Below, in pieces: positions 41,247 to 54,198 of a stretch of DNA of 64,000 nt; within the stretch, counting starts at the first letter, position 1; each line of letters begins with the position of its first letter. Source of the stretch: Balamuthia mandrillaris (lineage: Eukaryota); the NCBI GenBank assembly GCA_031835245.2, contig JAVKOQ020000028.1, positions 124,001 through 188,000 of the forward strand. The letters run 5' to 3'. A program made the translations under genes and the position numbers. A model generated the notes under the pieces. That model made no database searches and was not told where the DNA came from. It saw only the letters and a list, made by a program, of their open reading frames with translations.

Positions 41247-42919
41247 TTGTTTCACATTCGTTTTCTTACTTGTTTTGCTCGATATGTTCTTTTCTGTTCA
41301 TTTTTGATCGTTTTGAATGTATCTGTGCAGAGCTGGAGAGACCTGTCTTCACATAGCGGCAAGAGTGGGAGATAAAGAGATAGTCAAACTGCTGTTAAAC
41401 TACAAGGCAGATGTAAACTGTGTGTCTGCTTTAAACCAAACGCCAAAGGACGTTGCATGGAGTTGCTCCAGAAAGGGTACATTCCTTCTTCTCTTTCATC
41501 TTCGCCATGTCCCTGTTTCATTCTGAGAGGCATGTAATGAAATGCATTACAGGCTTATATGAGGCGCTAGGAGGAGGCCCAATGACCACCAAAGATTTAC
41601 CTTCGCTTCAGACGTATTCCAAGAAGAATGTTAAACACTGCCAACGAATTATCAGGGCCTGGCTAGACAGAAAAAATAGTCTTTTTAGTGTTGGTATGTT
41701 CAGTTTAAAACTCTTATTTGACATTCTTTATCCACTATTCACCAATGTGATGCCTTGAAAACAAAGCTCTTAAATGGAGGCAGCACTCAGATGCTGTTCG
41801 TGGAGTTAAAAGATTCAGGTCGATTCGTGAACTCCACACCATTCATAAATCTTATACAGGTACCTCCCGCTAGTTCTTTTAGTTTCTTTCTGTTTTGTTT
41901 TTCGTTTATGCTAAACATTTGTTTTCTTCTGTTTAACCAGAACAAATGGAAAAGATGTTGGTATGCAATCCTCTTCTTGTTCTTTTCTCTTTTCCACATA
42001 TATGCAGACTTGCAACTCACTGAATCAAAAAAGTCATACAAGCATTCGTTATTGCAACTGTGCAACGAACAAGAACATAACCAAAAAGACAAAGAAGAAT
42101 CAACGGAAGAAGAGGAACAAACACATGATGTCATAGTAACTCCAAAGCAAGTTGACACCCTGTTTGGAAACATCGAAGTCATTGTGAGATTATCCCAATC
42201 AATGTTGGAGTCGTTGGACGAAAAGCTGATTCGAAGCAAGCAAGTGGATCAACAGATAGGATCTCTGATGCTTACTTTTGTTCCAGCTATGGCGGTTTAC
42301 TCATCTTACTATCGCAACTATGATACAGCGGAAACGTTGTTGCGTAGATTGTTGAGACGACCGCCATTTTTTAAAGCTTTACAAGTACAGCAGCTGCTCC
42401 CTATTTTGCTTCTTCAAGTTGCTAACTTTTTAAACTTAATAGGATATTATAGCTGGCAACTCTTTGGAGGATACTCTTATCTTACCAGGTTATTGCCGAC
42501 TTGTCTTTCTTATCCACTATTTTCTTCTTCTTCTTCTTCTTCTTCTTCTTGTTCGTCTGCTTTTTTGTTCTTCTTCTTCTTTGTTCTTCTGCTTTTCTTT
42601 TTTTGCCTTATTCTTATACTTGCTCATTGATATACAGTGCAAATGATGCCTCGCTATCTATTGTTACTGAAGGTAAGCCTTGGAATTCTGCTCTAACATA
42701 GGTTCGATACAGCTCATTTTCCTTTCTTTTGACCACTATTAGGATATTTTGAAGAACACAACGAAGGAGCATAGGGACTACAAGGACATAGAAGAAGCTG
42801 TGGAGGCTGTGCATAACCTCAACATGGTTATAAACGAACGAACGAAAGTGTTGAACGCGTTGGACAAAACCTTAGACATTGAACGTAGACTCATCGGAAT
42901 TGGCAATATGGTTCTCTTT

Positions 42920-42955
<36 letters not shown>

Positions 42956-43536
42956 CTCCTCTTTCTTCATGAAATGAGCTAATGATAATTTGAGAGCAGA
43001 AACTTGTTAAGCAAGACAGACAATTCATAATGGAAGGAGACTGGACAAAGTTTAGGAAGAGATCAGCGCTTCACACTTTGCGGAGGAGAGAGCCAATTGT
43101 CCATATATTCCTCTTCAATGACTGTATAGTGAAGACCTCTCCCAGACCGAAGCTGAAAGGAAGTCAGTTGGACTACTTCGACTTCAAAGAATTGCTCCCT
43201 TTTAACTTGCTCTCATTAAGGATATGGACCATTCCATCCTCCGAAACAATGACAGGTTCTTTTCTTGCTTCTTCAAGTTCTTCTGCTCATGTTGACTCAT
43301 TATTTGGCAACATAGGAAAGGAACAATATGGAGTGTGTCTGAAGAAGTTGAGCGGCGAGAAGGAAAGATACGTTTTGGGCGAGAGCAAGGAAGACGGACA
43401 CTTTTGGAAACAAACCATCGAGAATCTTATGCAAAGTGCTTACACCAGTCAAGGAGAGGCCAAAGTTAAAAAGTGGGTCAACCTCAAGCTGACGGATGGA
43501 GGAGTGGCTGCGCTCGATGCGCTTACTCAAAAGTAA
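39922..43536 (+). CDS. RanBP2-type zinc finger + ankyrin repeats + IQ-like + DH-PH RhoGEF
   Basis: WECEDCTLRN....CQRCG; TPLHCAA, TPLHYLA, TCLHIAA; CQRIIRAWL; LFGNIEVI, MPRYLLLLK, HIFLFNDCIV. Confidence 0.87.
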
Positions 43537-43590
43537 GTCTCTTCTCCAATATTTATTTTACCTCCACAAAAAGCAAAACGTGAAGCGTTA

Positions 43591-44796
43591 TCATTCCTTT
43601 ATCATTACATAAAACTCTGCTCCTTCTTTGACGTTTACCACCACATCACTGTTGCTTTTCTCTCTTTCTTCCTCTCTGACACGTTCAGCCTCTGCGTTGA
43701 TCCACCGCAACGACTTCTTGTAATCAGGTGACGAACTGCCTTCATCTAATATTAACAACGCACCGGAAGAACCTTCTTCTTCATCGCTATCTTTTTCCTT
43801 CTCTTCCTTTTCTCGGTTTGCTTGTTGATTCGCTTGGCTTCTTCCTCTTTGGCTTCGTGAACGGCTTTTGTTCTTTATCTCTTCTTTTTCTTCTTCTTCA
43901 CTTGGGGGTTTCCATCGAACTACGTCAGCTGCATTTTGATCTTCTTCCTCGTCTTCATCATCACCTCCTTTTACGCCGTTCTTTCGTCTCCGTTCGCGAG
44001 CTGCAACAAGCCTCTGAACTTGAGCTTGCTCTTCTTCCATCAACTCGGAATCCTCAAATAGGGTGTTGTAGTAACTCGCCAAAATGTCTGTTATTTCTTC
44101 AAAGTCAGGCCTGGTTTGAGCAAGCAACAAATGGGTCAGACAACCGTTCTTCTAAAATATGAAGAAGCAAAGCCAGAAGAAAGGTACCTGTTGTTAGGAT
44201 GATAACTGAAACACCTTTCCATCAAATCAGCAAGAACACAAGGACAGTTGCGTGGTATCTTGAGGTGCTTGCCTTTTAAAAGGCTGAGCATGATGTTGAG
44301 CATCGTCTTGTTGCGCCATGGCTTGTCCCGACAGACCACCTCCCAAATCAACACTCCAAAGCTCTGAACAATGAATAATAACGTTAAACAAGTAAGAACC
44401 AGAAGCATTGAAAAAAAACGGAAAAGAACTGAGGATAACACATACCCAAGAGTCCGACTTCTCGGAATATTCCAACCGATCAACAGACTCAGGTGCCATC
44501 CACCTGTTTAAATGTGAGTTAGGTTAAAGGGAGTGAAGAAGTGGAAGGAGAAGGAAAGAAGAATGAAGAATGAAGATAAAACGAAAATCGGATTTCGGGT
44601 AAAAATTGTTACTTGACAGCGCCAACGGTGTTGCTGGTAATGGCGTAGGAATAGAGTTCGGACTTCATACGCGAGAGCCCGAAATCGCTGACTAATGCTG
44701 TCAGATGAGGTCCTTGAACCAGAATGTTGCGTGCTGCAATATCTCTGTGTATTATGCGCTCTTTTTTTTAAAAAAAAAATAATGTGAGCAAACAGC

Positions 44797-44834
<38 letters not shown>

Positions 44835-46515
44835 CCTCGGTGCAAGAAAGCGATGCCCATAGCAGCATCCTTTAATAGCTTTACTACAGCAAGCCAAGAA
44901 ATATCATTCCTCCGCGTTCGACGATTGACCAGAAAGTCGTACATTGACCCAAGTCGAGCATATTCAATGACAAGACACATCTTACTTCCAGTTGTTAGCG
45001 CTGAAGACATTCGACAAATAAAAGAAAAACGATAATAAAGAAAATGTTAGTTAGCCTTGAGAAAAAACAAAGAGGTAAACAGAGACGGATAGATGTACCT
45101 CCATAAAATGTAACAACGTTTGGGTGACGACCAAGCTTTTCCATGATGGAAGCCTCCAATCTGAACTCATGCAGTGCTTTGTCGTTGTTCAAAGGCATGG
45201 TCAACTGCTTCACTGCGCATTCCGTTTTTTGCCACAAACCTTTATACACTATGCCAAATGCTCCTATAGAAGAGAGAGAGGGGGAGAGAGAGAATAAGAA
45301 GGAAGAAGAAACAAAGGAAAGAAGCGAAACGAAAGACAGCACAGAAGCAGGAAAGAGAGCAAGCGAGCAACAAAGAATAAAAGGTGAAGAGAGATGGATA
45401 CCGCGAGCGATAGGATGGTCCTCATCGATTTCCAAATACCTTTCGTCGATCTCTTTGTAGTTGTACTCAATGTGCAGGTTTCCCTTCTTCAAAGTAGTTG
45501 CTGCGTCCAACTTGCTCTCTCCATTGACATCCCTTTTTTCTTCCACCACGATCGGCTCTTTCACTTCCTCCTCTATGAGCAAGCTTCCCGTCAAAGTTCG
45601 TCTTTGAGATGGATGCATTCCAACACTCAGCTGAGAAGCAGAGCTGCCCAAAATGGAGGCAGCATTCGCCAATGGAGGCAAGCTGCTCGGTCTTTTGCTC
45701 ATGCTCCCCTTTCTCCTTCTTAAACCGTCTTCCTCCGTTTCAGTCGCCGCTTTGTCTCGCCCCTCTGTTCCTTTGGCAACTGCAGGCTCTTCTTTTACCT
45801 CTCTTTCTTTTCCCTCAACTGGCTCTTCTGCTGTGTCTTCTTCCTCATCCTCCTCCTCGTCCTCTTCAACTTCATACTCTCCAGAAGCAGAGACGATGCC
45901 TGTCAAAGGGTTTGATGGTCGTCGGACGTGTCCTTGTTGTTGCATCTTCTTGTCCATGGCAGCTCTCCTTCGCAGGAGCTCAGCCGTAGCTCCTTTGAGT
46001 AGAGGAGAAGCGGCACCAGGAGGCGGTTGCGGCCGTTTGCAAACGGACCCGGTCGAAGTGTAGAGCAAGTTCCAAAGGCTGTCCTTCTTAGTCAACCATT
46101 GCTCTCTCCGGTTCTGAAAGACGTGCGCGAGCATTGCTTCCTCCTTCTTCTTTTGTTCCCGTTTCAAGCTTTTTCCTTCTTCATTGTTTTCTTCTTCTGC
46201 ACTCGTTTCCTCCGTCTTCTGTTCTGTTGTCTCTTCCATTTGTTCTGCTTCTTCGCCTTGAGCTCGTTCTTCTTGCGGACGATGAGAAGGAGGAGGCGAA
46301 GGGAACGCCTGTTCTTGAGGTAACAGTTGGTGCAACGGAAAGAGGCCGGAGGTCTTTTCATCACCGGATGCTTCCTCTTCTTCCGCTTCCTCTTCGTGCT
46401 CTTCCCCTGCCGCAACCGCAAACGCCACTCCTTCACAGCTGCTGTCTTCGTTGCTGTCGCGAAGTAATTGCCTTCTTGTTTTTCCTATATAGTTGAAATA
46501 CAGTGTTAGAAAAAG

Positions 46516-46557
<42 letters not shown>

Positions 46558-46572
46558 GAGAAGAGAAAAGAA

Positions 46573-46607
<35 letters not shown>

Positions 46608-46934
46608 AACAAAGATGGGCATACGGAGATCTCTAGGAGATCGGGTTCGTGCTAACACGTTCTTGTTGCGATGGTTGCCGTTATTGGTGTCGATGGAAGA
46701 AACGGAAGCAATGCGCTCAAACATGTTCACCAAGTCGTGACAACGACCTCCCCCGCTGCTTCTGTTGTTGTTTCTTTTGAAGGAGGTTCGTCCCAACGTG
46801 GAGGCTTGTCGTTGTTGTTGCGGTTCGTTCCCTCTCGCCCGCGAGGAGGCTTGAAGAAGAGCCTGCTGCTTGTAGGCCTCCACCAAAGACAACGTGTTGG
46901 ACCGTTTGAGATCCTCTCCTCCTTTGCTTGCCAT
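43591..46934 (-). CDS. Tyrosine-kinase-like (TKL/TK) protein kinase with long acidic N-terminus
   Basis: IARG/AFGIVYKG, CAVKQL, HPNVVTFYG, HRDIAARNILV, DFGLSR, WMAPES, SDSW/SFGV. Confidence 0.92.
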
Positions 46935-47706
46935 CTTCTCTTCTTATTTTATTTTTTAATACAGAGTGTTGCTTGGAAGAAAGCTTTCGAAAGAGAGGGA
47001 GAGGAGGAGATAAGCTCTCCGCCACGGGCGACAAGCACGACGTCGAACAGGGCCAACAACAAAACTAGTTTAGGTTGGGTCGTTGTGTTGGGGGGGGTTG
47101 GTGTGTTGGTTCCCTTTCCTTCCTTATCTTTTTTTTTTAATGTTTTCTCGCCAGCCCACCGCCTAATATATATGCATTCCTTCATCATTACAGCATTACA
47201 TTATTACACTCTTATTAATTATTTACTCTCTTTTTTTTGTGTTTTAGTCTTTTTAAATGTTTTTGTGGTTTTTGTGTTTCGTTGGATTTGTTTGTTTGTT
47301 ATTTTGTGGTTTGGTTGGTCTCACCCTATCCGCCACTGCCATCCACCAAACATCTCATCGTCACCGCTGCTGCTGCTGTCAGAGATGTTGGGCGAGCAGC
47401 TGCCGTCTATGTGTTTTTTGTCCGCGAGCGCTGACGTGGTGCTGTTACTCGACAGGAGGTTGCCCCCTTCTCCTCCTAAACAGGACGCTGCCCCGCGGAC
47501 TGTGGTATCTCTCCGCTGGGCATCAGCGTACTTTTCCCCCATTAAGTCTTGAGAACTTCAAATAAGAAGTGATGCTGTTAAAGCCGGCGAAGTGTGAATT
47601 GCTGAAATGGGTTTTATCGAGAAGAATACAGAGGTGCCAAAAGCAGAAAACAGTGCCTGCGAAGCCTGATCCGTCCATTAGTGCCTTCTCCTCAGAGAAA
47701 AGATAC

Positions 47707-48013
47707 TTACAGCTGGCCGCAGTCAGCGATGACGCAGCGCTTGAGAGGCATGTCATCGTCATCGGTGCGTTGGTTCTCGATCTTTTTGACAATATCCATA
47801 CCTTCCACAACACGGCCGAACTTTGTTTGTTCGCGTTTTTCAAAGAGAAGAACATAAAGCAGTTAGAGGAGCAACAACAAAAAGAAAACAAAAAAAAGAG
47901 GGGACAGAAGCAAAGGAGGAGGAGTAGGTTACCACAACGTGCTTGTTGTCCAACCAAGTCGTCTTCACAGTGCAGATGAAGAACTGGCTGCCGTTGGCTT
48001 GCAGCAGAATAAA

Positions 48014-48061
<48 letters not shown>

Positions 48062-48614
48062 GACAAATCGAGAAAAAAAGAGGCCCAAAAAATTTAACGT
48101 ACTGTGAGGACCGGCGTTAGCCATGGACAAGATACCGGGACCAGTGTGCTTCAACTTGAAGTTCTCATCCCTGAACTCTCCGCCCTATTGTTCAGTATTA
48201 CACACACACATAGAGCCAACTCTCCAATCAGCGGAAGCAAGAACGAAGAGAACAAGAAAGAAGCGCGACGTACGTAGATGCTCTCGCCACCAGTGCCGTC
48301 ACCGTTGGTGAAGTCACCACCCTGGATCATAAAGTCCTTGATGACTCTGTGAAAAGCGCAGCCCTATGCAAGCAGAACGATCAGAGTTTAACGCGTGTGC
48401 TCTTTGTTCTATTCTTTGGATTAATACAAAAAAAAAAAATCCAAACCTTGAAGTGGAGGTTCTTGCCAGAGCGGCCGCGGCCCTTCTCGCCGGTGCAGAG
48501 CGCCCTGAAGTTCTCGGCGGTCTTGGGCACGACGTCCGCGAACAATTCCATGGTGACGCGGCCGGCAGCCTCGCCGCCGATGGTGATGTCAAAGAACACG
48601 CGGGGGTTGCTCAT
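47707..48614 (-). CDS. Cytosolic cyclophilin (CypA-like with divergent loop [10 protein letters not shown])
   Basis: [74 protein letters not shown]-stop. Confidence 0.96.
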
Positions 48615-49130
48615 TCTCTCTCGTTTGTTCTTTGTGCTGCTGCTTGGGTGGGTGAGTGTGAGTGAGTGTGTGTTTTGTCGCACAGTTTTCCTCTGCTGCT
48701 ACTCTTTTTCTGTCGCCCTTTTTTTTTCTGTCTACGCATTTTTCTTCTAACGTATTTCGTGGAGCTGAGCGGGAACGTAGAATGTCTTGCGGGGCGGTGC
48801 GAGGGAGTGCGTATCGCGAGCATGGACAACCAAACGCTTGTTTCGGGGCTCTTCCCTAGCCAAAGAGGGGCTTAAGGTGGGATGGTGGAAATTCCGATGA
48901 AAAAAGTGTAAATGAATGCAGCGGAAATTTCGCGGCCAATCAGCCGAAGGAGATATACCACAACAAAAAAAGAAAAGAAAGACTGCGCCGTTGGCCAGGC
49001 TCAAACCGTTATCCTCCCTCCTTGCTCCTCTTCTTCGTATATCCTTCTTCTTGTTCTTCACGCCGTGCGCACCCTTTTTTAGCTCTCTCCAGCTTGGGGT
49101 TTTTATTTTTTGTCAAATTTATCGAGGGCC

Positions 49131-50891
49131 ATGGCAAGCCAAGCAGCAGCAGCAAACGGCGAAAACGAACCGACGCCACCCGCCGCCACATATGGACCTC
49201 CAGAGGAAGAGGCGGCGGGGGCGGGGGCGGAGCTGTCAACTTCGTCGTTGTTAAAGGCGCCTCCTGCCACGCAAGCGATTCCCATTGTGGGCAAACCTCA
49301 CCGAAGCAAAAGCGTGGAGGCGGTGCCGTTACGACGAAAGGAGAAGGAGAAGGAAAAGGAGAAGGAGAAGGAGAAAGACAAGGAGAACAAGGTGAAAGCT
49401 CTCTTTGGCAGCTTACGCCTCAAAACGGTGCGGCACAGCCTCAAGAAAGCCAGCAGCTCCTCCGAGAGTCTCACCCTTAGCCGCCATAAAGAAGAGCCAG
49501 AAGAAGAAGCCGAACAAGAGGCGCCAGAGGAAACGCGCTCAGGCTCTTTCTTTCCCGTCAGAAGCACCACGAAACGTGAGAAGTATCACAAAAAGGCGAG
49601 GTCCTTGGGCAAGAACTCGTCAGCACTCGAAGGGCTGACTTGGCAGAGGAAAGCACACGTCGGCCCGCGAGACTTGGACATGCTCTATGCTTTGTTCCCT
49701 GAGGCCAAAGAAATGATATCAAAGGAGGCCAAAAAGGAGGAGGAGGAGAAGGAGAAAGAACGAAAAGGCAACGGGAGGAAGAAGGTTTCTGATTTTGTTT
49801 GGGACTTTGGAGATGGAAAAGAGGTGCCTCGTTTGCAGCGACGCAAGAAGAGAACTGGAGAAAGAGAAGAACAAAGAGGCACAGGAAGATGGAAGGGAAG
49901 GGGAAGTAAGAGCGAAGACGAAGGAAAGGAACACAGCTTGATGAAGATGGAAAAGCGCAAGAGAAAGAAACGAAAGAGCCGCAAACGCGAAAACGCAAAG
50001 GGAAAGGAAGCAGTCGAAGAACAAACGGAGCAATCAGAACAAACAGAATCTCCACCTGCGTCCCCATCTTTGTTTCGACGGCGTGGACGACAGCGGCGCT
50101 TGATGGTGCAGCGGAGCAACAACTTCCACGACGGAATACAACCCTCTATATCGGTTCACTCACGCTTTCACGACAGCAACAACAAGAAAGATGACGGCGC
50201 TGCACCAACATCAAGATTAAGAACAGCAACTGGAAAGGGAAAAGGAAAGGTAGTCCATTCTCCCAAGCGGCTGAAACAACAGGCGAGACGAGCTTCAACC
50301 GCGGTAGTGCTGGATCGGTCGCTGACCATGCTGGAGGATGATATCCAACAAAGGCCATTGCCTGAACCTCAGTACAACGGGTTGACACGACCCAAGCGGA
50401 ACCTCCGGTGGACGAGCGATGGCAGCACGGAGACCAGGATTCGAAGTTCCTCCTTGTCCTCCCTTTCCTCTTCCAGACGGGACGGCCAGGACTCAGATAC
50501 AGACACAGAGACTGACAATCCCTCCATCAATCCCGTTTCGCTTTCAGAGCCACGGCCTCCTTCCATGATGTTCCTACGCAAACCGCAGTTCAGTTTCAGC
50601 AACCTGGAAGCTGTTCTGAAGAACGAGGAGCTTACCGGCAGCTACGACAGTCCCTCGCGGCGGGATCACATCGTGAAAAGCCCTATCTCCTCGCGGTTTT
50701 CCAACATCATGATGGAGGGAAGGTCTCGCAGTTGGAGCGACAGCGATAGCTTCTCCTTTCAACCGCCGTTTGCTGGCAGCAGCTGCTCTGATGAAAGCGA
50801 CAGCTACTCCGACAGTGACACCAACCTTGATGAAGACATTCATATGGCTCGGTTAAACAAAGAGATGGATAGGATAAGCGTTGCACAATAA
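49131..50891 (+). CDS. Intronless charged/Ser-rich protein of unknown function, possible degenerate CRIB-like motif
   Basis: About 586-codon uninterrupted ORF from ATG 49131. TWQRKAHVG loosely resembles the CRIB HVG motif. Confidence 0.7.
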   Translation: MASQAAAANGENEPTPPAATYGPPEEEAAGAGAELSTSSLLKAPPATQAIPIVGKPHRSKSVEAVPLRRKEKEKEKEKEKEKDKENKVKALFGSLRLKTVRHSLKKASSSSESLTLSRHKEEPEEEAEQEAPEETRSGSFFPVRSTTKREKYHKKARSLGKNSSALEGLTWQRKAHVGPRDLDMLYALFPEAKEMISKEAKKEEEEKEKERKGNGRKKVSDFVWDFGDGKEVPRLQRRKKRTGEREEQRGTGRWKGRGSKSEDEGKEHSLMKMEKRKRKKRKSRKRENAKGKEAVEEQTEQSEQTESPPASPSLFRRRGRQRRLMVQRSNNFHDGIQPSISVHSRFHDSNNKKDDGAAPTSRLRTATGKGKGKVVHSPKRLKQQARRASTAVVLDRSLTMLEDDIQQRPLPEPQYNGLTRPKRNLRWTSDGSTETRIRSSSLSSLSSSRRDGQDSDTDTETDNPSINPVSLSEPRPPSMMFLRKPQFSFSNLEAVLKNEELTGSYDSPSRRDHIVKSPISSRFSNIMMEGRSRSWSDSDSFSFQPPFAGSSCSDESDSYSDSDTNLDEDIHMARLNKEMDRISVAQ

Positions 50892-51294
50892 AGACTGCAG
50901 ACATAAAGAAGACCCGGCATTCTTTTCTCTCACGATTGGTTCCAAGAGTTGGATAACTAAGTATCACCGCTTGTGAGATACTGCTAGCTTTGTTTTGTTT
51001 TTTAAGAAAAGTTAGATCTATGATTTACGTTGTAGAGAGCAAAACGGAACAGCTCCTTTCAGCAGAACAGATAAACAACTAGCAATAGGCAGCCTTGGCA
51101 ACAGGTGTGGTCAATAATCCTTTCAACAACTGAAAGGGATAGCATTCGCCATTGAAATTATAAACGCGAAAAGGCACAACAGGTTGAAATCATTCGGTTC
51201 AGGTTGGAATATGTTCGCAATACTTAACAACAACAAGGAGTAAAAAGAGGCAACATTTTTTTTTTATACAAACAAGACAAGTACAAATAAGAAC

Positions 51295-52644
51295 TCAACA
51301 ACCAATTTCCAATTTTTCCCAACCCTCCCCACTTTGTTCTTCTGACCCCACTGAGCGCGATGGAGTGATGGAGGCCAGAGAGGACAGAAACTCCAACCAA
51401 TAACACTTTGTCATGGAAGGGGAGAGACGGTGGAGCACAAAATCCCGTCCAGCTCTTGCGATGGCTTTCATCCATGCAACAGTTTGTGGGTTGTCATCCA
51501 AAACCAACCGTAACCGCTCCTCCAAGTCAGACAGATCCGAACGAAGAGGCACAAAGTGAACCCAAGGACGGAGTTCCGAAAACCACTCGTCACCAGGATT
51601 CTTGGATATTTGCCAGAGCACCATGTGCGACATTGTTCTTCCATGGATATAGAGTTAGCAACAAGCTTTCCCTCCTTGCCTTCTCCTTGGTCGAAGCGAA
51701 AGGCTTCCATTTCTTGTTGAGCTTCGCTCGTTGTATGCACAAAACCGGAGAAGCCGGCGTCCAACAAATCAGGGTGTTGTAGGGAGAAAAGAACCAGCTT
51801 GGTGCGAAGTCTGTCTTTCCAGTTGTCCACTCTGTAGCCGCCTCCCGTTGTGGTTCCTCTCCACACTGCCAGCCGTTGCTTTCGTTCAAAAGTCTGCATC
51901 AGACCAATCCTTGCATCTTTTGGGAGGGCTTTTGAGTTTCTCATCAGCTCGGATGCAATGCGGGACGGAGTGTTGATGTTCTGGCTTATTACAAACGGAA
52001 AGTTGCTTTCGGGGCTGACCAATGGAACGGGTCCCCAAGTTGGTGCCTGGTTCAGTGAAGGAGGCCCATCATGATGCCAGAAGAAAAAGTCCACATCCGG
52101 AGCAACGCCCGCCTTGGACAGAAAGCATCGCAGTCCTTCCAACCGATAACTGGACCAATCGTGGTCAGGACAGAAATGCTGGGGCATAGAGCGCACGTCC
52201 AGCTTCTCGCACTTTCACCCTGAATGCGCCGCAAAGAAAATGGTTGTCTTTGGCCTCCATCCTGTCCTGGAGGAAGGCGTCCATGGCATCGCTCGGGTGG
52301 GCGTCCCCGATCCCAAAAGGAGAGCTCCTCCACGAGGAGAAAGAGCGGGAGAGAGACTCGAAGCCTTTTGCAGGGCATTGCCAGTAAATGCGCAACAAGT
52401 CAAAGGCCTCTGGCTCTCTGCCAGCCGTCTCCTTCTCCCATTCCCGTTCCACATGAAGGTCCCCTGGCGACAGGGGTGGAGGTACTGGAGCAGCTGGATT
52501 GATGTGAGTTTGAGCGGGGGCAGGAGGGGAGTGTGCGGTTCCTTCTGGGCATGTGGGAGGCGGTTGAAGTTGCAAGAACGTGCCGCAGAGCACAAACAGC
52601 ATTCCCACCACTCCCACCACTGCCAAGACCAACCTTTGCTGCAT
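51295..52644 (-). pseudogene. Glycosyltransferase family 90 (CAP10/KDELC-like), frameshifted and internally deleted
   Basis: Signal anchor, PDVDFF, VWRGTTTG, HPDLLDAGF and LRPWVHFVPLRSDLSDL are spread over three frames. Shifts near 52200 and 51630 have no intron to explain them. Confidence 0.75.
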
Positions 52645-53070
52645 CTCGTATCTTCACGGTCCTTGTGAGGTGCTGGCCTTCCCTTTGTTTGTGGGTGGGA
52701 GCACTTTGGCGGCGGATAACTCTTAGCGTATCTGCTTTGTTTTTCTTTTTGCTGATTGTAAGATGTTTGTTGAGTGTAGAGCGAGGGGAAAAAACATATT
52801 ATTATTCGGCCAGATGATATCCCTGATAAGGTAAGGTTTGGCAGGAGATGAGGAGACAAACTCATTCCCCCGCAGACGATAGAGATGGAACCACCACATC
52901 CTGTTTTGCCGTAGAGTAATGCTTCGTTGTAAGCAAAACGGGAGGACTAGCAGCTGAAATTTCAACGAGAAAAGGCAACCTTGGAACATTACTGAACTAA
53001 TAGGTTGCCCAGATTGTTCCGTTGATCTAAGAGGTGACGTCATTGATCTCACTTTTTTTTCTGACAGCAC

Positions 53071-53124
<54 letters not shown>

Positions 53125-53826
53125 ATGAAGAAGGAGTGGGTATTACCGTTGCTGGTGCTTGGGTGGTTGTTCATTTCCTTCACGGTCGTTGTGTTTGCCA
53201 AGCGTCCCATCCTGAGGGCTGAAGAGCAGGAGCCCCACTACAAGGAGGGACAGCACAACCCTGCCTACCAACATGACAACCAAGACGAGGACGCAGAGGA
53301 CAATCGTTCTGCTCTGGAGGTGGTGCAAGACAAGATCAACTCTCACGACGTGATGTTCTTCTCCAAGAGCTATTGCCCTTTCTGCAGAAAAGCCAAGTCG
53401 CTTCTCAACTCAGAGAACATCCAGTATGAGGTTTTGGAACTTGACTTGCATCCCCGCGGAACTGAATTCCAGAACGCTCTGCTTGGTTCGTCCTTCCTCC
53501 CCTCTCCTCTTCAGCAGACTCTAAGATTAGCTTTCTCATGGTTGACATTCATGCAGAGTTGACTGGCCAAAAGACAGTACCAAACATATTTATCAAAGGT
53601 TTGTGCCAGCCCTTCTCTTCTCTCTTTTTTCTCTCTCTTTTCTCTCTCTCTCTCTCTCTCTTTTCTCTCTCTCTCTCTCTCTCTATCTCGCTCTCTTGTT
53701 CTCTCCCTCTCTCTCCCTCTTTATTGTAGCATGACAGTGTTTCATATAATAGGCAAGCACCTTGGTGGCAGCGATAAGCTGTATGAGGCCCACAGCCAAG
53801 GAGAACTGAGAGCAATGCTAGCATAA
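53125..53826 (+). CDS. Dithiol glutaredoxin with N-terminal signal/anchor (secretory-pathway type)
   Basis: FFSKSYCPFC active site, TGQKTVPNIFIK/GKHLGGSD, hydrophobic N-terminus; two introns. Confidence 0.93.
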
Positions 53827-54136
53827 GAATAAACATTGCTGTTTTTCATCAGCGTATTTTGCACACAGAGGGAGAGATGGAGGCGTAAAGGAAAAGTCAA
53901 CGAGAGAGAAACACTTTCCTTGGATTGTCCATTTCCCAACCCTCCAAAGCGGAGAGCTTCCATGCTCCCTCTTGCCTAACTCTTGCTTTGCCCAATGGGC
54001 AAGGGCAACAGTTGGCCATCCCAGGAAACTTTAAGGTAGCGTAACTAATTAAGGTGGTTGCTCCAAATTAGCCAAACAAAAAGAAGAAAAAAAAGAAAAA
54101 GAGTAGTGGAGAAAGCAAAGAGAGAAAGAGAGAGAA

Positions 54137-54179
<43 letters not shown>

Positions 54180-54198
54180 AGAGAGGAGGCCAGTAGAA

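Noticed and set aside
47700..47715. ATACTTAC as the 5' end of U1 snRNA
   Set aside because: It is the complement of the cyclophilin stop region (CTG TAA GTAT); no U1 body follows.
48855..48880. GGGGCTTA as an RNase MRP/P conserved region
   Set aside because: No matching upstream GAAAGTCCCC-type element; the region looks like an ordinary promoter with a CCAAT box.
21327..50891. Functional cluster of Rho-signalling genes (two GEFs, Rho, kinases)
   Set aside because: These families are large in amoebae and the genes are interspersed with unrelated ones; chance is sufficient.
53035..54002. Isolated palindromes TGACGTCA (53035) and TTGCCCAATGGGCAA (53988)
   Set aside because: Single short occurrences that cannot be distinguished from chance.
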